From positions 1 to 64,000 of the forward strand of contig JBEWZL010000099.1 of the NCBI GenBank assembly GCA_045837725.1: DNA of 64,000 bases, given 5' to 3'. A program made the translations under genes and the position numbers. This document shows positions 1 through 12,370 of this stretch, in pieces. Each line of letters begins with the position of its first letter. Positions within the stretch are counted from its first letter, which is position 1. The notes under the pieces are model-generated. The model was not told the origin of the DNA. It saw only the letters and a program-made list of their open reading frames with translations, and did not search any database. Source of the stretch: Vermamoeba vermiformis (lineage: Eukaryota).

Positions 1-3000
1 TCAATTTTTATTCAAGCGCCAAGCTCGATCCGAATTTCAGAATTTTTTTAACTTTAATAAAGATTTTAAATTCGAATTTAACGGTATAATATCGTTGTAT
101 TATATTAATTCATTCATGTAAATTTGCTTACGTTAAATTCCATCGTGTACGGCGCACTCGATCGCGCCATCAAGATCCATGTGTCTTCTATTGGCTGCAA
201 TGACGCCAAATACGCGTAGGTACGGACGAACCATATTAAGATATCGTATTCCGACCATTGGTGGTCGGGATCTCGCGCATCGAAAGTAGTTGAAACTTTC
301 GTTCGCGATAAAATTTTGTAACAATAATCTAAATAAAAAATTACGCGTTAGTACGTTGCATTTGATATAGTTTAATCGTTATTAATTAAAAATCCGGATA
401 AAATCCGAGCACTAAGCTGGATCCGGATCTGACAACTTATTAATTGAAAATTTAAAAAATGAAATTGTGAGATAATAATGTTGTAAATGGCGGAGGGATA
501 TATAAAAAATTATTACCTTAAAAAACTTAAAATTGCTCGTGTAAGATCCAGAAGCGTCAAATTGCTAAGTCCCGATCCTGGAAGGAAACGGCATCAGTTA
601 CATTAACCTATCGAAAAATAATTAATCAATACAAATGTAAATATAATACATATTGCGTTGTACTTACCTTTTGCGATAGACGCACTATATTAACTCCTGA
701 GGACGGATCGAGTCTCAATCCGCACCTATTCGTGCAATCAGCTCCGTGAGCAAATCTGAGTTACAAAATTGTTAGTAATTCGTATATATAACGCGTTATA
801 CTTACCTTTGGAGCACTCGATGCGCTTAATTAAATGTTGAATCGCTGCTGGATCGCGGATATTCGTACTCCTCAAAGGTTTCTTCAAGGGTCAATTAGAC
901 CGTATCTGTAATTACAACGCGTTAGTAATACTGTATTAATATCGATCTATAGTATTGATATGGCGAACTTACCCTTCTATATAAATTTTTTATCGCGTGA
1001 AGATCGCGATCTAGATCCGTTCTGGGTTTTTCTTAAGACTTAAGTAATCAATATTAAAACATCACATATTTATTGAATAACTATAGAGAAGCACTTACAT
1101 GTCAAGAGAACTTGTCCCGTCACGGATCGAGTTTTCGAATCACGTATCCGGTCTGCGTCCGCTCCTTTTGAGTAATAACCTGTAAATTTATTATTAATAA
1201 AATATATTAACGATAAAATAACCAGTTATTTAACTTTGGTTCAAGCGCAAAGCTCGATCCGAATAATTTGAATTATTTTTTCTTTATCTGTAATTTTAAA
1301 TGTCAAAATGATGCATTCATTGCATCATATTCATTATTTTTAGTAATATAAAATAACTTACGAATTATTTCGATGCGTCCAACGCATCTGATCACAGACA
1401 AATCGCCGACTCGTACACCGCGCTGCAACGACGCTGAATATCGTTGGGCACGTGTATAATATACACAGTGAACTAAATACTGTTAATAATTCGACCCTTG
1501 TGGTCGATCTGATGCGAATCCAAGTTCGCATCGACTTCAAATCAAAATAACTCGCGCTGAACGGCCGTTGTGGCCGTGGCGCGTAACTATCTGCTGTTAA
1601 TTAACGATTTTTAATGAATATTTCGACCCTTGTGGTCGATCTGTCAAAGTTTTAAGATCTAAAAAGAACGGCCCCAGATCTTTGTGTTCCCTCCCGCGGG
1701 AGATTTTTATCAATTTTATTTTGTAAAGAATTCGCGTAATTAAATTAGCATTTATTATTATGTCTAGACAATTTTATCTTTTTGCTCGTGGATGCGTTCT
1801 ACATGCTAACAGTCAGATCTGCAACTTGTCCACTACGTCGGTCTCGTGCTATCAAACTATAATAAAAGAGATATTAATATTATATGATAGATTTGTACGC
1901 TTTGAACTTACTTTCGGCGCAATTGATGCGCAGCGTTAGATCTTATTAAAGCACTCGATCGAGTGCCGCAAGCGAGCCGATCTCATCCTTTAAATCCTAA
2001 ATAAGAATAATCATTAATATTGGCGTTTATATTAATTTTTTAAGCATTGTACTTACTTTCGACGCAATCGATGCGTCACTGACCTTTCTGAGAGATCGGG
2101 ATGTCGGGTCCCGATCTCTGGCCCCCGCTCTGTGTAATCTCTTTGATGTAAAATTAGTATAAATGAGTTAATATATAAACATATAAGATATACCACTTAC
2201 CTGTAAGGCAATCGATGCCCTACATTGATATTTTAGCGGATCGAGACGCGTTGGATCCCGATCTCGTAAATGTTCATCAGAAGTCTCCTTCGCCATTTCT
2301 ATTAATATAATGCGTTAGCAATGAATAGTTTCTACCTGTGTATGTACTTACCGGTCCATTACAAGCATTCGAGATCCGTCACCGTGAATTTGTAACACTA
2401 TATACCTAACACCTAAATAAAACGCATTAGAGTATTAATAATAATGAGATAAAAGAAATAAACTACTTACTCTCTATTCAGCACTGGTCATCGAGCGATC
2501 TACTTCGTGCCCGATCTAACTCGCGTCTTGGCTCTGACGTTGCAATATCTATTAAATAAGGATTAGCATATTGTTTTAATTATAAAATAAACAATAATTG
2601 GAAAGCCAGCGTACCATGAAACGACCATTGGTGGTAGGGATCGCGCATCTGATTTTTTAATTGAAAATTTAAAAATTGAATTTACGATATTCTAATTATA
2701 AATGGTGGAAGGATATTTAAGAAAATATTACCTTGAATATTCTCAGTCTCTGCCCCGAGATTTTGTTCGCATTTTGTTCGCGATCTTAACGCCGCGCTGT
2801 AACGACGCTGAATATCGTTGGGCACGTGTGTAATATACACAGCGGACTAAATACTATTAATAATTCGACCCTTGTGGTCGATCTGATGCGAATCCAAGTT
2901 CGCATCGACTTCCAATCCAAATAACTCGCGCTGAACGGCCGTGGCGACCGTGGCGCGTCACTGTCTGCTGTTCATAATCAACAATAAATAATATTACGAC

Positions 3001-3175
3001 CCTTGTGGTCGATCTGTTGCATTGCTAATGCAAAATAACACGGCTCAACCGTTTTCGCATCAGCTCTTAGATCCAAATAACTCGCGCTGGAACGGCTCTT
3101 ATGCCGTGGCGCGTTACTTTCAGCTGTAATAACAATAAACAAATAACTCGACCCTTGGGGTCGATCTGTCAAAGT
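1..3175 (-). repeat. Internally duplicated repeat family punctuated by minus-strand splice-like signals; related copy at ~10285-11100
   Basis: 1416-1640 is nearly identical to 2790-3020; 1-60 resembles 1230-1290; motif CGACCCTTGTGGTCGATCTG (one variant base at 3149) at 1492, 1624, 2866, 2997, 3149 and 10421; TAAATGGnGGAnGGATAT..TTACCTT at ~484, ~2699, ~10862; regularly spaced ACTTAC (GTAAGT on minus strand). Confidence 0.7.
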
Positions 3176-4145
3176 TTTTTCGGTTATTAATTGCCTCCAA
3201 CGGTCACTTCCTTATTTAGTCAATGCAGAGAAAACCGACCTGCGTCGAGGTGAAAACCGACGTGGGTCGAACAACACGTGCTGCCAAAAAATTGTTTGTG
3301 CTGGGATAAATCCGGGCACGACGGACAAATGCACAGTGAACCGTTGCAGAAATACCCACCAACACGATCACCACAATGGTCGTGTAATCAATTTTATTTT
3401 GATTTTCTCGCGCTTATCGTTGCGTTGTTGAACTCAACGCAGGCCAAGTTTACCGTTGCGGACGATCGGCTGTCTGTTGCACTAACTTGTGCTCGTACAG
3501 TGCGTAGAGCACTGAGGTGAGTTTAGTTAATTAATACCTCAGGAGAGAATTAAAATTAATATTAATTTCGGTAGGTTTTTCGGCTGATCGGTTATGCAAC
3601 TCGAGCTCACTGCTGCGTACAGACTGGTGCATCCGTGCCTCAATTCAAAGAGGCATGGTTTTAGGATGTAGCTCACAAGCAGGCAGCGTTTTTATGGTGC
3701 TAGCCAACAAGTATGCTGCGTTTGGTAAGTAAAATAATTTAAATCCGTAATTTTCGATGCGCGGGATCTAATTTTTATTGTTTAAATAGTGCTGCTGGCC
3801 TCCTTATTTACTCCCAGCGTTCTATGATATTAAATTGGACTGCCCACTAGTGGCAACCTGATGAGGTAAGTCAGATTCGGTTGTCTTAATGATCTAACGA
3901 ATCTCATCCAGGATTTTCCGTGTGCTCCCTCTCCCTGTCCCCATGACCAGGAGCGCGCTTTCTTGCCTATGACCAGCTGCTCGTGCTCTCCCTCTGTGGC
4001 TGGTCATGCTCCCTCTCTTGCCTGGTCGTGTTCTCCCTCCGTGACCAGCTGGACACACAGCAGTCGCATGCGGTGCAAGCCATGCCGAATTGGCATGCTA
4101 TTTGTAATAAATAACATATCATACATTTCTGTCCCTTTGTTTGCC

Positions 4146-4490
4146 GGACTACACCCTTGTTCTGCAGAAAGGCGTAGTTTCGAGGACTACGCCCCCGTTC
4201 TGTTTCGCAAGGGTGTAGTTTCGAGGACTACGCCACCATTCTGTTTCGCAAGGGCGTAGTTTCGAGGACTATGCCCCCGTTCTGTTTCACAAGGGCGTAG
4301 TTTCGAGGACTACGCCCCCGTTCTGTTTCGCAAGGGCGTAGTTTCGAGGACTACGCCCCCGTTCTGTTTTGCAAGGGCGTAGTTTCGAGGACTACGCCCC
4401 CGTTCTGTTTCGCAAGGGTGTAGTTTTGAGGACTACACCCCCGTTCTGTTTTGCAAGGGCATAGTTTCGAGGACTACAACCCTGTTCTGC
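4146..4490. repeat. 41-bp minisatellite (~8 copies) with a palindromic unit
   Basis: Unit TTCTGTTTCGCAAGGGCGTAGTTTCGAGGACTACGCCCCCG; stem GGGCGTAGT/ACTACGCCC. Confidence 0.95.
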
Positions 4491-5383
4491 AATGGTAGGG
4501 TGTTCTATGCCCTTCAGAACGCGAAACCCTAAACTGTAGTAACCTAATAATTACTATAAACCGACATTCGTCGACCACAAGTGAAACCGACACTGCTAGA
4601 CAGGACAGCGTTTGTGTCGGGAAATAACCTGGCACGACGTGAAAACGTTTTCACACACAAAACGCACCAATACAACAACTCCGTAACAATACGACCACAA
4701 GCTGGCCTAATAATTTGATTGTTTATTTATTGTTGGCTTCGCGGCACGGAGGTGCTTAGTTTTGCTGCAGCAGACCCTGTCGCGAATAAGATCGTCGTGC
4801 TGCTAATTGTGCTCTGCCCTCGTATCGATAATCATTAGCGAAAGTAAGGCTTAATATTTAATTCAATATTAAATATAATATTGATTACTTTCACAGTCAA
4901 TTTATTAATTTTCTGTCAGGGAGCCGATCAACGACGCACAATATTGTTTTCACGTGAAGAAATTGCCACCTTCGCCGAGAACGTTACTGGTAAACTCAAT
5001 AATGTAAGTAATGGGTTGTTTATCAACCTGCAATTTTATTTACGTTTAAAACTAATTTCAATCGCAGATACGACGGCAGATTTTGACATACAACCTGTCT
5101 TTGGGATCGCATTGCCGCGTCTTTGCGTGGTACAGAGGTGATGGGTGATGCAAACGCTGGTAAAACAAGTGGTAAGTGATATTTAATACTAGTTTATTTT
5201 TAAATCAAATGCGCGGCATCTCACCGTTTTTGTTCTCGCAGCACTCCTGGCTTGAACCCGTGTGGGTATTTTCAATGATGATTCACAGAAAAGGCAGCCT
5301 TGCAATGTTTGAGTAAGTACTCTCTGATTTTAAATTGAGTTTAAACTAATCCGATCATCAGTTCTTCCAACAGCTGCGTGGCA

Positions 5384-6185
5384 CACCGTCCAGTTATTGG
5401 ACGGTTCCCTTTGTGTCACACCCTCACGTGACACCGCCCAGTTATTGGACGGTCCCTCCAGTGCGTGGCTCGCACCGTCCAAGTCTTGGACGCTTTATTG
5501 GTCGTACCTTGCACCGTCCAGTTATTGGACGGTCCCAGTGCCAAGTAGAACCGTCCAAGGCTTGGACGCTTGGCTCAAACCGTCCAAATTCTGGACGCTT
5601 TTTTTCCAGCACGGCTCGACACGGTCCGCTCTGCCCTCAGTGTGCCACCGTCCAGTTATTGGACGGTTCCCGCTGCACCGTGCCTCAGCTCGACACCGTC
5701 CAGTTATTGGACGCTTGGCTGGTACCGTCCGGCTTGGACGCTTTATCGGACAGTCCCCTCAGTGCGTGGCTCACACTGTCCAGTCTTGGACGCTCGGCCA
5801 AACCGTCCAAATTCTGGACGCTTTTTTCAGCGTGGCTTGCACCGTTCCCTCTGCTCTCAGTGCCACCGTCCAGTTATTGGACGGTTCCCTTCATGCTGCA
5901 CCTTCACGTGACACCGTCCAGTTATTGGACAGTCCCTTCAGTGCGTGGCTCGCACGGTTCAAGTCTTGCTTGGCTCAAACTGTCCAAATTCTGGACACTT
6001 TTTTCAGCGTGGCTTGCACTGTTCCCTCTGCTCTCAGTGTGCCACCGTCCAGTTATTGGACGGTTCCCTCTGTGCCTCAGCTCAGTGTGGCTCGCACCGT
6101 CCAGAACCTGGACGCTTGGCTGGTGCTGCATGGCTTGGTGAGTAGATTGCACCATCCAAGACTTGCCAAGGTCCTGGACATGTTT
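5384..6185. repeat. Complex minisatellite of CCGTCCA-n5/6-TGGACG palindromes with higher-order periodicity
   Basis: Many copies of CACCGTCCAGTTATTGGACGG, ACCGTCCAAGTCTTGGACGC and ACCGTCCAAATTCTGGACGC. Confidence 0.95.
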
Positions 6186-6239
6186 GCAATTGTAAAATAA
6201 AGTTTTGTTTTTACAAATAGCTCCTTTATTGGGTTTGTG

Positions 6240-6500
6240 AGGGGGCGTACAGCATGCTGTACAGGGGTGTACAGGGTGTACAGCGTGCTGTATGGGGGTG
6301 TGATGGGCATACAGCATGCTGTACGGGGGTGTGATGGGTGTACAGCATGCCGTACGGGGGTGCGAGGGGGCGTACAGTGTGCCGTACGGGGGTGTACAGT
6401 GTGCCGTACGGGGGTGTGAGGGGGCGTACAGTGTGCCGTACGGGGGTGTACAGCGTGCCGTACGGGGGTGCGAGGGGGCGTACAGCATGCCGTATGGGGG
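6240..6500. repeat. G-rich minisatellite (GTACAG-YRTG-CCGTACGGGGG units)
   Basis: Tandem 21-31 bp units visible directly. Confidence 0.9.
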
Positions 6501-6540
6501 AAAAAATCCTAGCCCCAGCCCTAAATCCTATAAAGTACAT

Positions 6541-6787
6541 TTTGTAAATTTGTAAATAAATGCATTATTTATTCTAGCTTTTATTTATTATTTGTCGTGC
6601 CTATTTCACTGTGCAATTTTTCAACAAAATTAAGCATTCATATACTGCTATATATATAAGTTCATTTACTATGTACAAATTCCTAAATAAACAAATTTTG
6701 CAGCAAAAAAGTTTGACAAAATATGAGTTTAAAGCCTCTTTAAACTCTATAACCTGCGGGTTTTTATAACCCAGAAGCCTACTATAG
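6541..6787. repeat. Dispersed ~245-bp repeat (probable element terminus), copy 1; copy 2 at 11655-11898
   Basis: Colinear high similarity to 11655-11898, including AATAAA, hairpin GAGTTTAAAG-CCT-CTTTAAACTC and GGGTTTTTRTAACCC. Confidence 0.85.
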
Positions 6788-7105
6788 TCTGACGCACCCC
6801 CCTGTCCCAAGGCCGTCAGACCGTCTGATGCACCCCCTCCTTGCCTGAGGCCGTCAGGCTGTCTGACGCACCCCCCCTGTCCCAAGGCAGTCAGACCGTC
6901 TGATGCACCCCCCTGTCCCAAGGCCGTCAGACCGTCTGACGCCCTTTGCTGTTGCAGTGCATGACTGAGGGTGCAGGTGCAGGTGCAGGTGCAATGCCTT
7001 TGCACCTGAGGCTGTCAGACTGTCTGACGCACCCCCCATCCCAAGGCCGTCAGACCGTCTGATGCACCTCCCATCCCTAGGCCGTCAGACCATCTGACGC
7101 CCTCC
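6787..7105. repeat. ~36-bp minisatellite with GTCAGACCGTCTGAC palindrome, plus a (TGCAGG)n tract
   Basis: Repeated CCCCTGTCCCAAGGCCGTCAGACCGTCTGAYGCACC. Confidence 0.9.
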
Positions 7106-7559
7106 TGCTGCACCAAGAACAAGGTTACCCATGTTTGAAGTACAATTTTATTTTAAAAACTGGCCAGCCCTGGCCCTAAACACCCTTTAATTCTTCAAAA
7201 GTTTTAGGGTACTACCATCCCAGCCCTAGCCTTTTAAGTAGAATAGTTTTTTTGTGAGATCGTCTCCGCGTGGAGATGACCCCTGCGGACTTTGTTTTTT
7301 CTTGAGATCGTCTCCGTGTGGAGACGACCCCTGTGGACTTTGATTTTTAATAAGACGGTCCACTGAGACTTCATTTTTTCAAATTCTCCAACTTACGCTG
7401 CTGGGTCAATTTTTCTTAAGTAAAAATTTCTTAAGTAGAAAATTTCCTAAGTAAAATTTTTCCTAAGTAAAAAATCACTAAGCAAAAGTCCTTCCAAAGT
7501 CCATTTATCGTCAGGTTCTACAGGGCTAGCCCTATATGGCCAAGCCCTTTTACATATAT

Positions 7560-8218
7560 GAATTCTGTATTTGACCATAGTCCTTGGACTATGGTTAGTC
7601 GAGAATTCTGCATTTGACCGTAGTCTTCAGACTACGCTCAAAGTATACAGTATAACCCTGACCAGTTGTCAGAAATTCTGCATTTGAGCGTAGTCCTTGG
7701 ACTACGGTTAGTCGAGAACTCTGCATTTGACCGTAGTCCTTGGACTATGCTCAGTCAGGAATTCTGTATTTGACTGTAGTCCTTGGACAACGGTTAGTTG
7801 AGAATTCTGTATTTGACCGTAGTCCTTGGACTACACTCGAAGAATTGTTCAAGTCAATGTAGTGCCCAATGACAATGCATAGACACTATATTTTTTTGCA
7901 TATTCAAAATATTGACATTCTCCAGGAGATACTCAGATGGAGTTGGATTCGGTCGCTGCAAGTTCCCACCACCCGCTGTAGACGACTTGCCCACAGGTAG
8001 AAATGAATATACATTTTACTATTTTGCATATTCAAATATTCTGACCATTCATTATTAGTCAGGTACACATCAGGTCTTCAAGAATTCTTCGTTTGAGCAT
8101 AGTCCTCAGACTACGGTTGTTGGGAATTCTGCATTTGACTGTAGGCCTCTGACTACGCTCAACTGAGAATTCTGTGTTTGAGTGTAGTCCTTGGACTACG
8201 GTTGATCAAGAATTCTGT
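7560..8218. repeat. ~43-bp palindromic minisatellite in two blocks (7560-7845, 8083-8218)
   Basis: Unit AATTCTGCATTTGACCGTAGTCCTTGGACTACGGTTAGTCGAG; stem ACCGTAGTCC/GGACTACGGT; shares the CGTAGT..GGACTACG core with the 41-bp array. Confidence 0.9.
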
Positions 8219-8237
8219 ACTGGTTGGACGTGCATAT

Positions 8238-9987
8238 GAGGGTTGGAATGACTATTAGTCAAGTTGACCTGACCGAAACTTTAAAAAAATTGGAATTATT
8301 CACGTAATATAGCACTGAGCTCAATATTCAATAGAATGATTATTATTAAGAATATTACGTTTAACAACTATAATATTAGTGTTATTTTCTTGCAGCATTC
8401 TCAAAAATTAAGATTTCTTGTGATCTGTCTTCTGCCGCTTTCGCTTGGGACTTGAGGACAGTTTGGGTGAACCCTGTGGCAGTGCTGAGGCACTGTCATG
8501 GGGGACAGGATTGTCCTCATTCCCTTCCTCTGAGCTTTCATCTGATAAAATGTACGCGTACTTTCGTGCCTAAAAATAGAAGTGGTGAGCGATCTCCTGC
8601 TCGGACAAAAGCAATATATTCGATGGTATCATATTGTCCGTATTTAAGTAATGTAGCTATTGAATTGCTTATTTGAATTTCGATCTCAAGATCAACCTAC
8701 AAAAACCAAAAATTCGACAAAAACTTACGCCTTTGTTTCCTGTCTTTTCAAATTCTAGCCGCACTACTGGTCCAGTCCACTCATTTGAGTAATTCCTCGG
8801 GCTGTATTCATACTCTGCTATCTCGTTATGCAATGCAAAGCAGAATCGGACATAATCATTAAGGTCTTTTCGGTCACCATGGTACTTGTGCTTGCAGATC
8901 CGGAACACAGATTTGACCTTATCAAAGCCTAATTCTATGAATTGCCTCGATTCTTCTACTTTGATGTTAAATAGATCATCTTCTTTTGATAGAGGGTGGT
9001 TGACAGCAGCTCGCTTCTTAATGTGAAATTGACAGCCACGATCCAATCTGTCAAAACTCAAATATCCGGTATCCAATGCTAGGCAATCCTTCTTTGTGAT
9101 ATTGTCTTCAATATTTGGCCAGCATTGTTTTAATCGATATATATCATGGTGGGCATAAGGAACAGCATCTGAGACAAAACCGAAACGGTGCGATAGATCC
9201 ATGATGCAGGTGACCTTGTATGCTAATGAATGATAAGGATTAGCCTCGAAAAGGTTTGTAATTATTAGATTGCATCGAATTGTATCACAGCTTACCCAGT
9301 CCTTTGAGCTTTTTGCACCACGTTCCTTGATCTCCTGATCTTTCCTCATTGTGAGTCCACTCAAGTGGTATGGGCGTCGAATCTCCCACTAATGTAATAT
9401 CATCGACTTTGTGCTTATATCAAGAGTGAAATGACTTGGCTGCAGTGCGGCGATAGTCATAATTTTTGAAATTAATGACATGATCGGAAAATGGCTTCAG
9501 GAACGGAATAACCTTTCGATGGAGAGTGCCAATATTGGAGTGAGGGTACCCGAATAGCTTCTCTAAAAATAATATATCATTATTAATATGACATGCAATT
9601 GAATTATATAATAATTAATTTCTTAATTCTCGAAAATCTTAAAATATTTACCTTGGTATGTCTCGGGATCGTATTCTATAAGCCAATATAAAAAAAAGCT
9701 AACTGCTGTATCTCCATCAAGCGCACCATGGAATCGTACCTCAGGGTTTTTCTCGAGACATTTCCTGAAGTAAAATCGGATCTTTTGCTCAACAGGCTCT
9801 GGTAGAGCCTGCTTTATAGCTTGTAATAGAAGACCTTGATTGCGTAATGCAATCAAGCCTTCGTCGCGCGAATCGTCACTGGTGTTATTCATAAAAATTT
9901 AATTATCAAAATTTCAATTTAAAGTTCGGTCAGGTCCACCTAACTGTTTTGTTGGGTTGGATTGAATTTCAGGTTATATCAACCCTC
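8238..9987 (-). mobile_element. PIF/Harbinger-superfamily (ISL2EU-like) DNA transposon, ~1.75 kb
   Basis: Termini GAGGGTTG (8238) and CAACCCTC (9987) flanked by AT(AT) on both sides; inner inverted repeat GACCTGACCGAA(A)CTTTAAA at 8257-8285 and 9918-9945; contains a DDE_Tnp_4-type transposase. Confidence 0.75.
8669..9892 (-). pseudogene. DDE_Tnp_4 (Harbinger/ISL2-type) transposase with one in-frame stop in the core
   Basis: Exons 9892-9652, 9562-9296, 9222-~8729 give ...EKLFGYP (HTH)...LVGDSTPIP...WCKKLKGLAYKV...HHD...ALDTGY...RQFIELGFDKVKSVF...CFALHN; TGA at 9420-9422. Confidence 0.85.
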
Positions 9988-10419
9988 ATATAAATGAATA
10001 GACATTTTGTAAGTATGCATATTCAAAATAGTTACCCAATGAAACTAAGTTCCTTAACTTTAGGCTCAGTCTTCATCGTAAACCTGCCAAGGCAAATGGA
10101 TGGGAAAACAATGTTTGTGATTCACAATTGGGAAAACAAAGATAGTACTGATTTTAGGCATAATTGTATATTCAAAAATAAACAATGTTTATTCAAATCA
10201 TGGGTTTTATTCAAAAATATGACATTTTCCAGGCTTTAGGCCTATAAGCCTTAAATTAGCTAAGCCTAACTATATATATAATTATCAGATTAGACAAACC
10301 GACCCTTGCAGCCAATCTGTCGCGAATCCGAGTTCACATCTAATAACTCGCGCTGAACAGCCGTGGCGACTGTGGCGCATCACTTTCTGCTGTAAATAAA
10401 CAAAAGAGTAATAAATATT

Positions 10420-10605
10420 ACGACCCTTGTGGTCGATCTGTTCACGGATTAACTTATAATGGAATGGGCAGATCTTTGTGTGATTCCCTCCCGCGGGAGC
10501 TCGTTTATCAATTTTATTAAGAGGGTGAAATTTCAGCCCCTCAAAAGTTCTCCTTCCTTTTCGCTCCTCCCCGCAAGGCGCACAGTTAGCTGTTACGGGC
10601 CACAA
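10420..10605 (-). pseudogene. THAP-like C2CH zinc-finger segment within the cassette repeat family
   Basis: CAPC...GLKFHPL...KICPFHY spacing resembles THAP; decayed homologues at ~1675-1735 and ~11030-11075. Confidence 0.35.
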
Positions 10606-11654
10606 GCGTACAACTTGAGTAAAATAAATAGCTTTTTTATTAATTTACATATTTTGGCCAACAAGATCTTAAATCCTCCACATCCGTCGCTTTGTTGTCA
10701 TTAACCTGGAAACTATGTTATAATGGTAAGAAATATTATATTAAGTTATATTTAACAAAAAATCCAGGTAAAATCCAAGCACTAAGCTCAATCCGTACCA
10801 TGATATTTTTGATCTTGCACCAAAAAGATTAAATAATGCTATTTAAAAGATACAATATTTATAAATGGGGGAGGGATATTTAAAATTATATTACCTTAAT
10901 TAATTTCGGACTCTGCACCGAGATTCGAACTGTGACTTTTGGTTGCGCTGAGTTTCGCACTGGAACAACAGATGCATGACATTTGACGCGTGTTGCCTAT
11001 CAGTTTTGAAAAATCCGGTTGAGAATCTTGCCTTTGGTCCTCCCACGGGAGCACGTTTATTAATTTTATTTTTTGAAATTTCTCCAACTGCGCCATCAGA
11101 TTTCCATCAAAGTGACACGATTGGCCAAATTTTTTTTTGTTCACTAATTTAGCACAACAACAAAAATTTGCCATCGCAATCTATTCCTCCCCAAAATCTC
11201 CTGCCCACACCACAACTCATGCACGCAGAGGAGCACAGTGTAGTGACCACCAGTTGAGTGCCTGGGCACTCCTGTTTGTCACTACGCTCTGCACGTCTGT
11301 GCAACCAGGTTGCTGATTGACGTGTCATTCTTTCGATCTGCTGTGTTTGGTAAGTGATTTTGATTATATTGTTAGCAGCACTGCTTGCTATTATTTTGTA
11401 AATTAATTTTTACTTGCCCTTGGCTCAACTCAAAAAAAAAGTCAAATCTGGATTTTTTTCAGTAAATTTCTCCTTTATTGTTTTGGCCAGGTTTCCAGTG
11501 GAATCGACCCTTGTTTGGACTTAGTTTTTTTCTAGGGGTGGTTTCACGTGATACCACCCCTTGCTGGACTTTGTTTTTTAACTTCTTTACTAGGACTTTC
11601 ACTAGCCCATGCCTTATTAGTCTTGCTAGCTTGCCCTGTAACTCCTTTGTACTC

Positions 11655-11898
11655 TTTGTAACTTTGTAAATAAATGTTTTTTTAACCCTAGCTTTTGTTT
11701 ATTATTTGTCATGCCTATTTTACTGTGAAATTTTACTACAAAATAAAGCATTCATGTACTGCTTTGTATAAGTTTGTTTACTATGTACAAATTCCTAGAT
11801 AAATGAATTTTTCGGCCAAAAAATTCGACAAAAAATGAGTTTAAAGCCTCTTTAAACTCTATAACCAGTGGGTTTTTGTAACCCAGAAGCCTTCTATA
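11655..11898. repeat. Dispersed ~245-bp repeat, copy 2
   Basis: Similar to 6541-6787. Confidence 0.85.
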
Positions 11899-12370
11899 AT
11901 TAAGGTATTTTTATTTTCATGTTTTTACACAAAAACAGCTTCTTTTGTACCCTAACTCCTAGGAAACAGGTTTTTCCACATATTAAATTTTATTATCATT
12001 GCACAATTTTTTAAAAATATTTAAAAATTAGTATTACCTCAACCGAATAATTAGCAGTGATTTTGATTTGACCAAGCCAATTAATAAGCAACCTGGTAAC
12101 CACGTCGAAAAACAATTTCCGAGTCGGTTAAAATGCATCAATAATGGTTTTGTGGAAAATCTATTAGTGGTGTGGTATTATATGATGTGTTTCGCAAGCG
12201 TCTTAACAATCAGCAACATGCTCAAAAAGTTAAAGTTCCCGGCATGTGCTGTTCTATAGGTGTTTTAAAACTGTTCTATAGGTGGCTTAAAACTGTTCTA
12301 ATACTACCTGCGATACTGCACTGTTTAATCTAGTTTTATTGTTAGATCAAGCGAAATTCAACTGAGTAAC

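Noticed and set aside
5397-7039. Long ORFs in several frames over the minisatellites
   Set aside because: By-products of stop-poor tandem repeats; open on both strands with no domain signal
4146-8218. Palindromic repeat arrays resembling CRISPR
   Set aside because: Units are contiguous with no unique spacers, there are no cas genes, and the context is eukaryotic
9296-9364. ORF-track N-terminus MSGLTMRK of the transposase, implying a frameshift
   Set aside because: A phase-1 intron at 9295-9223 joins the upstream frame correctly, so no frameshift is needed
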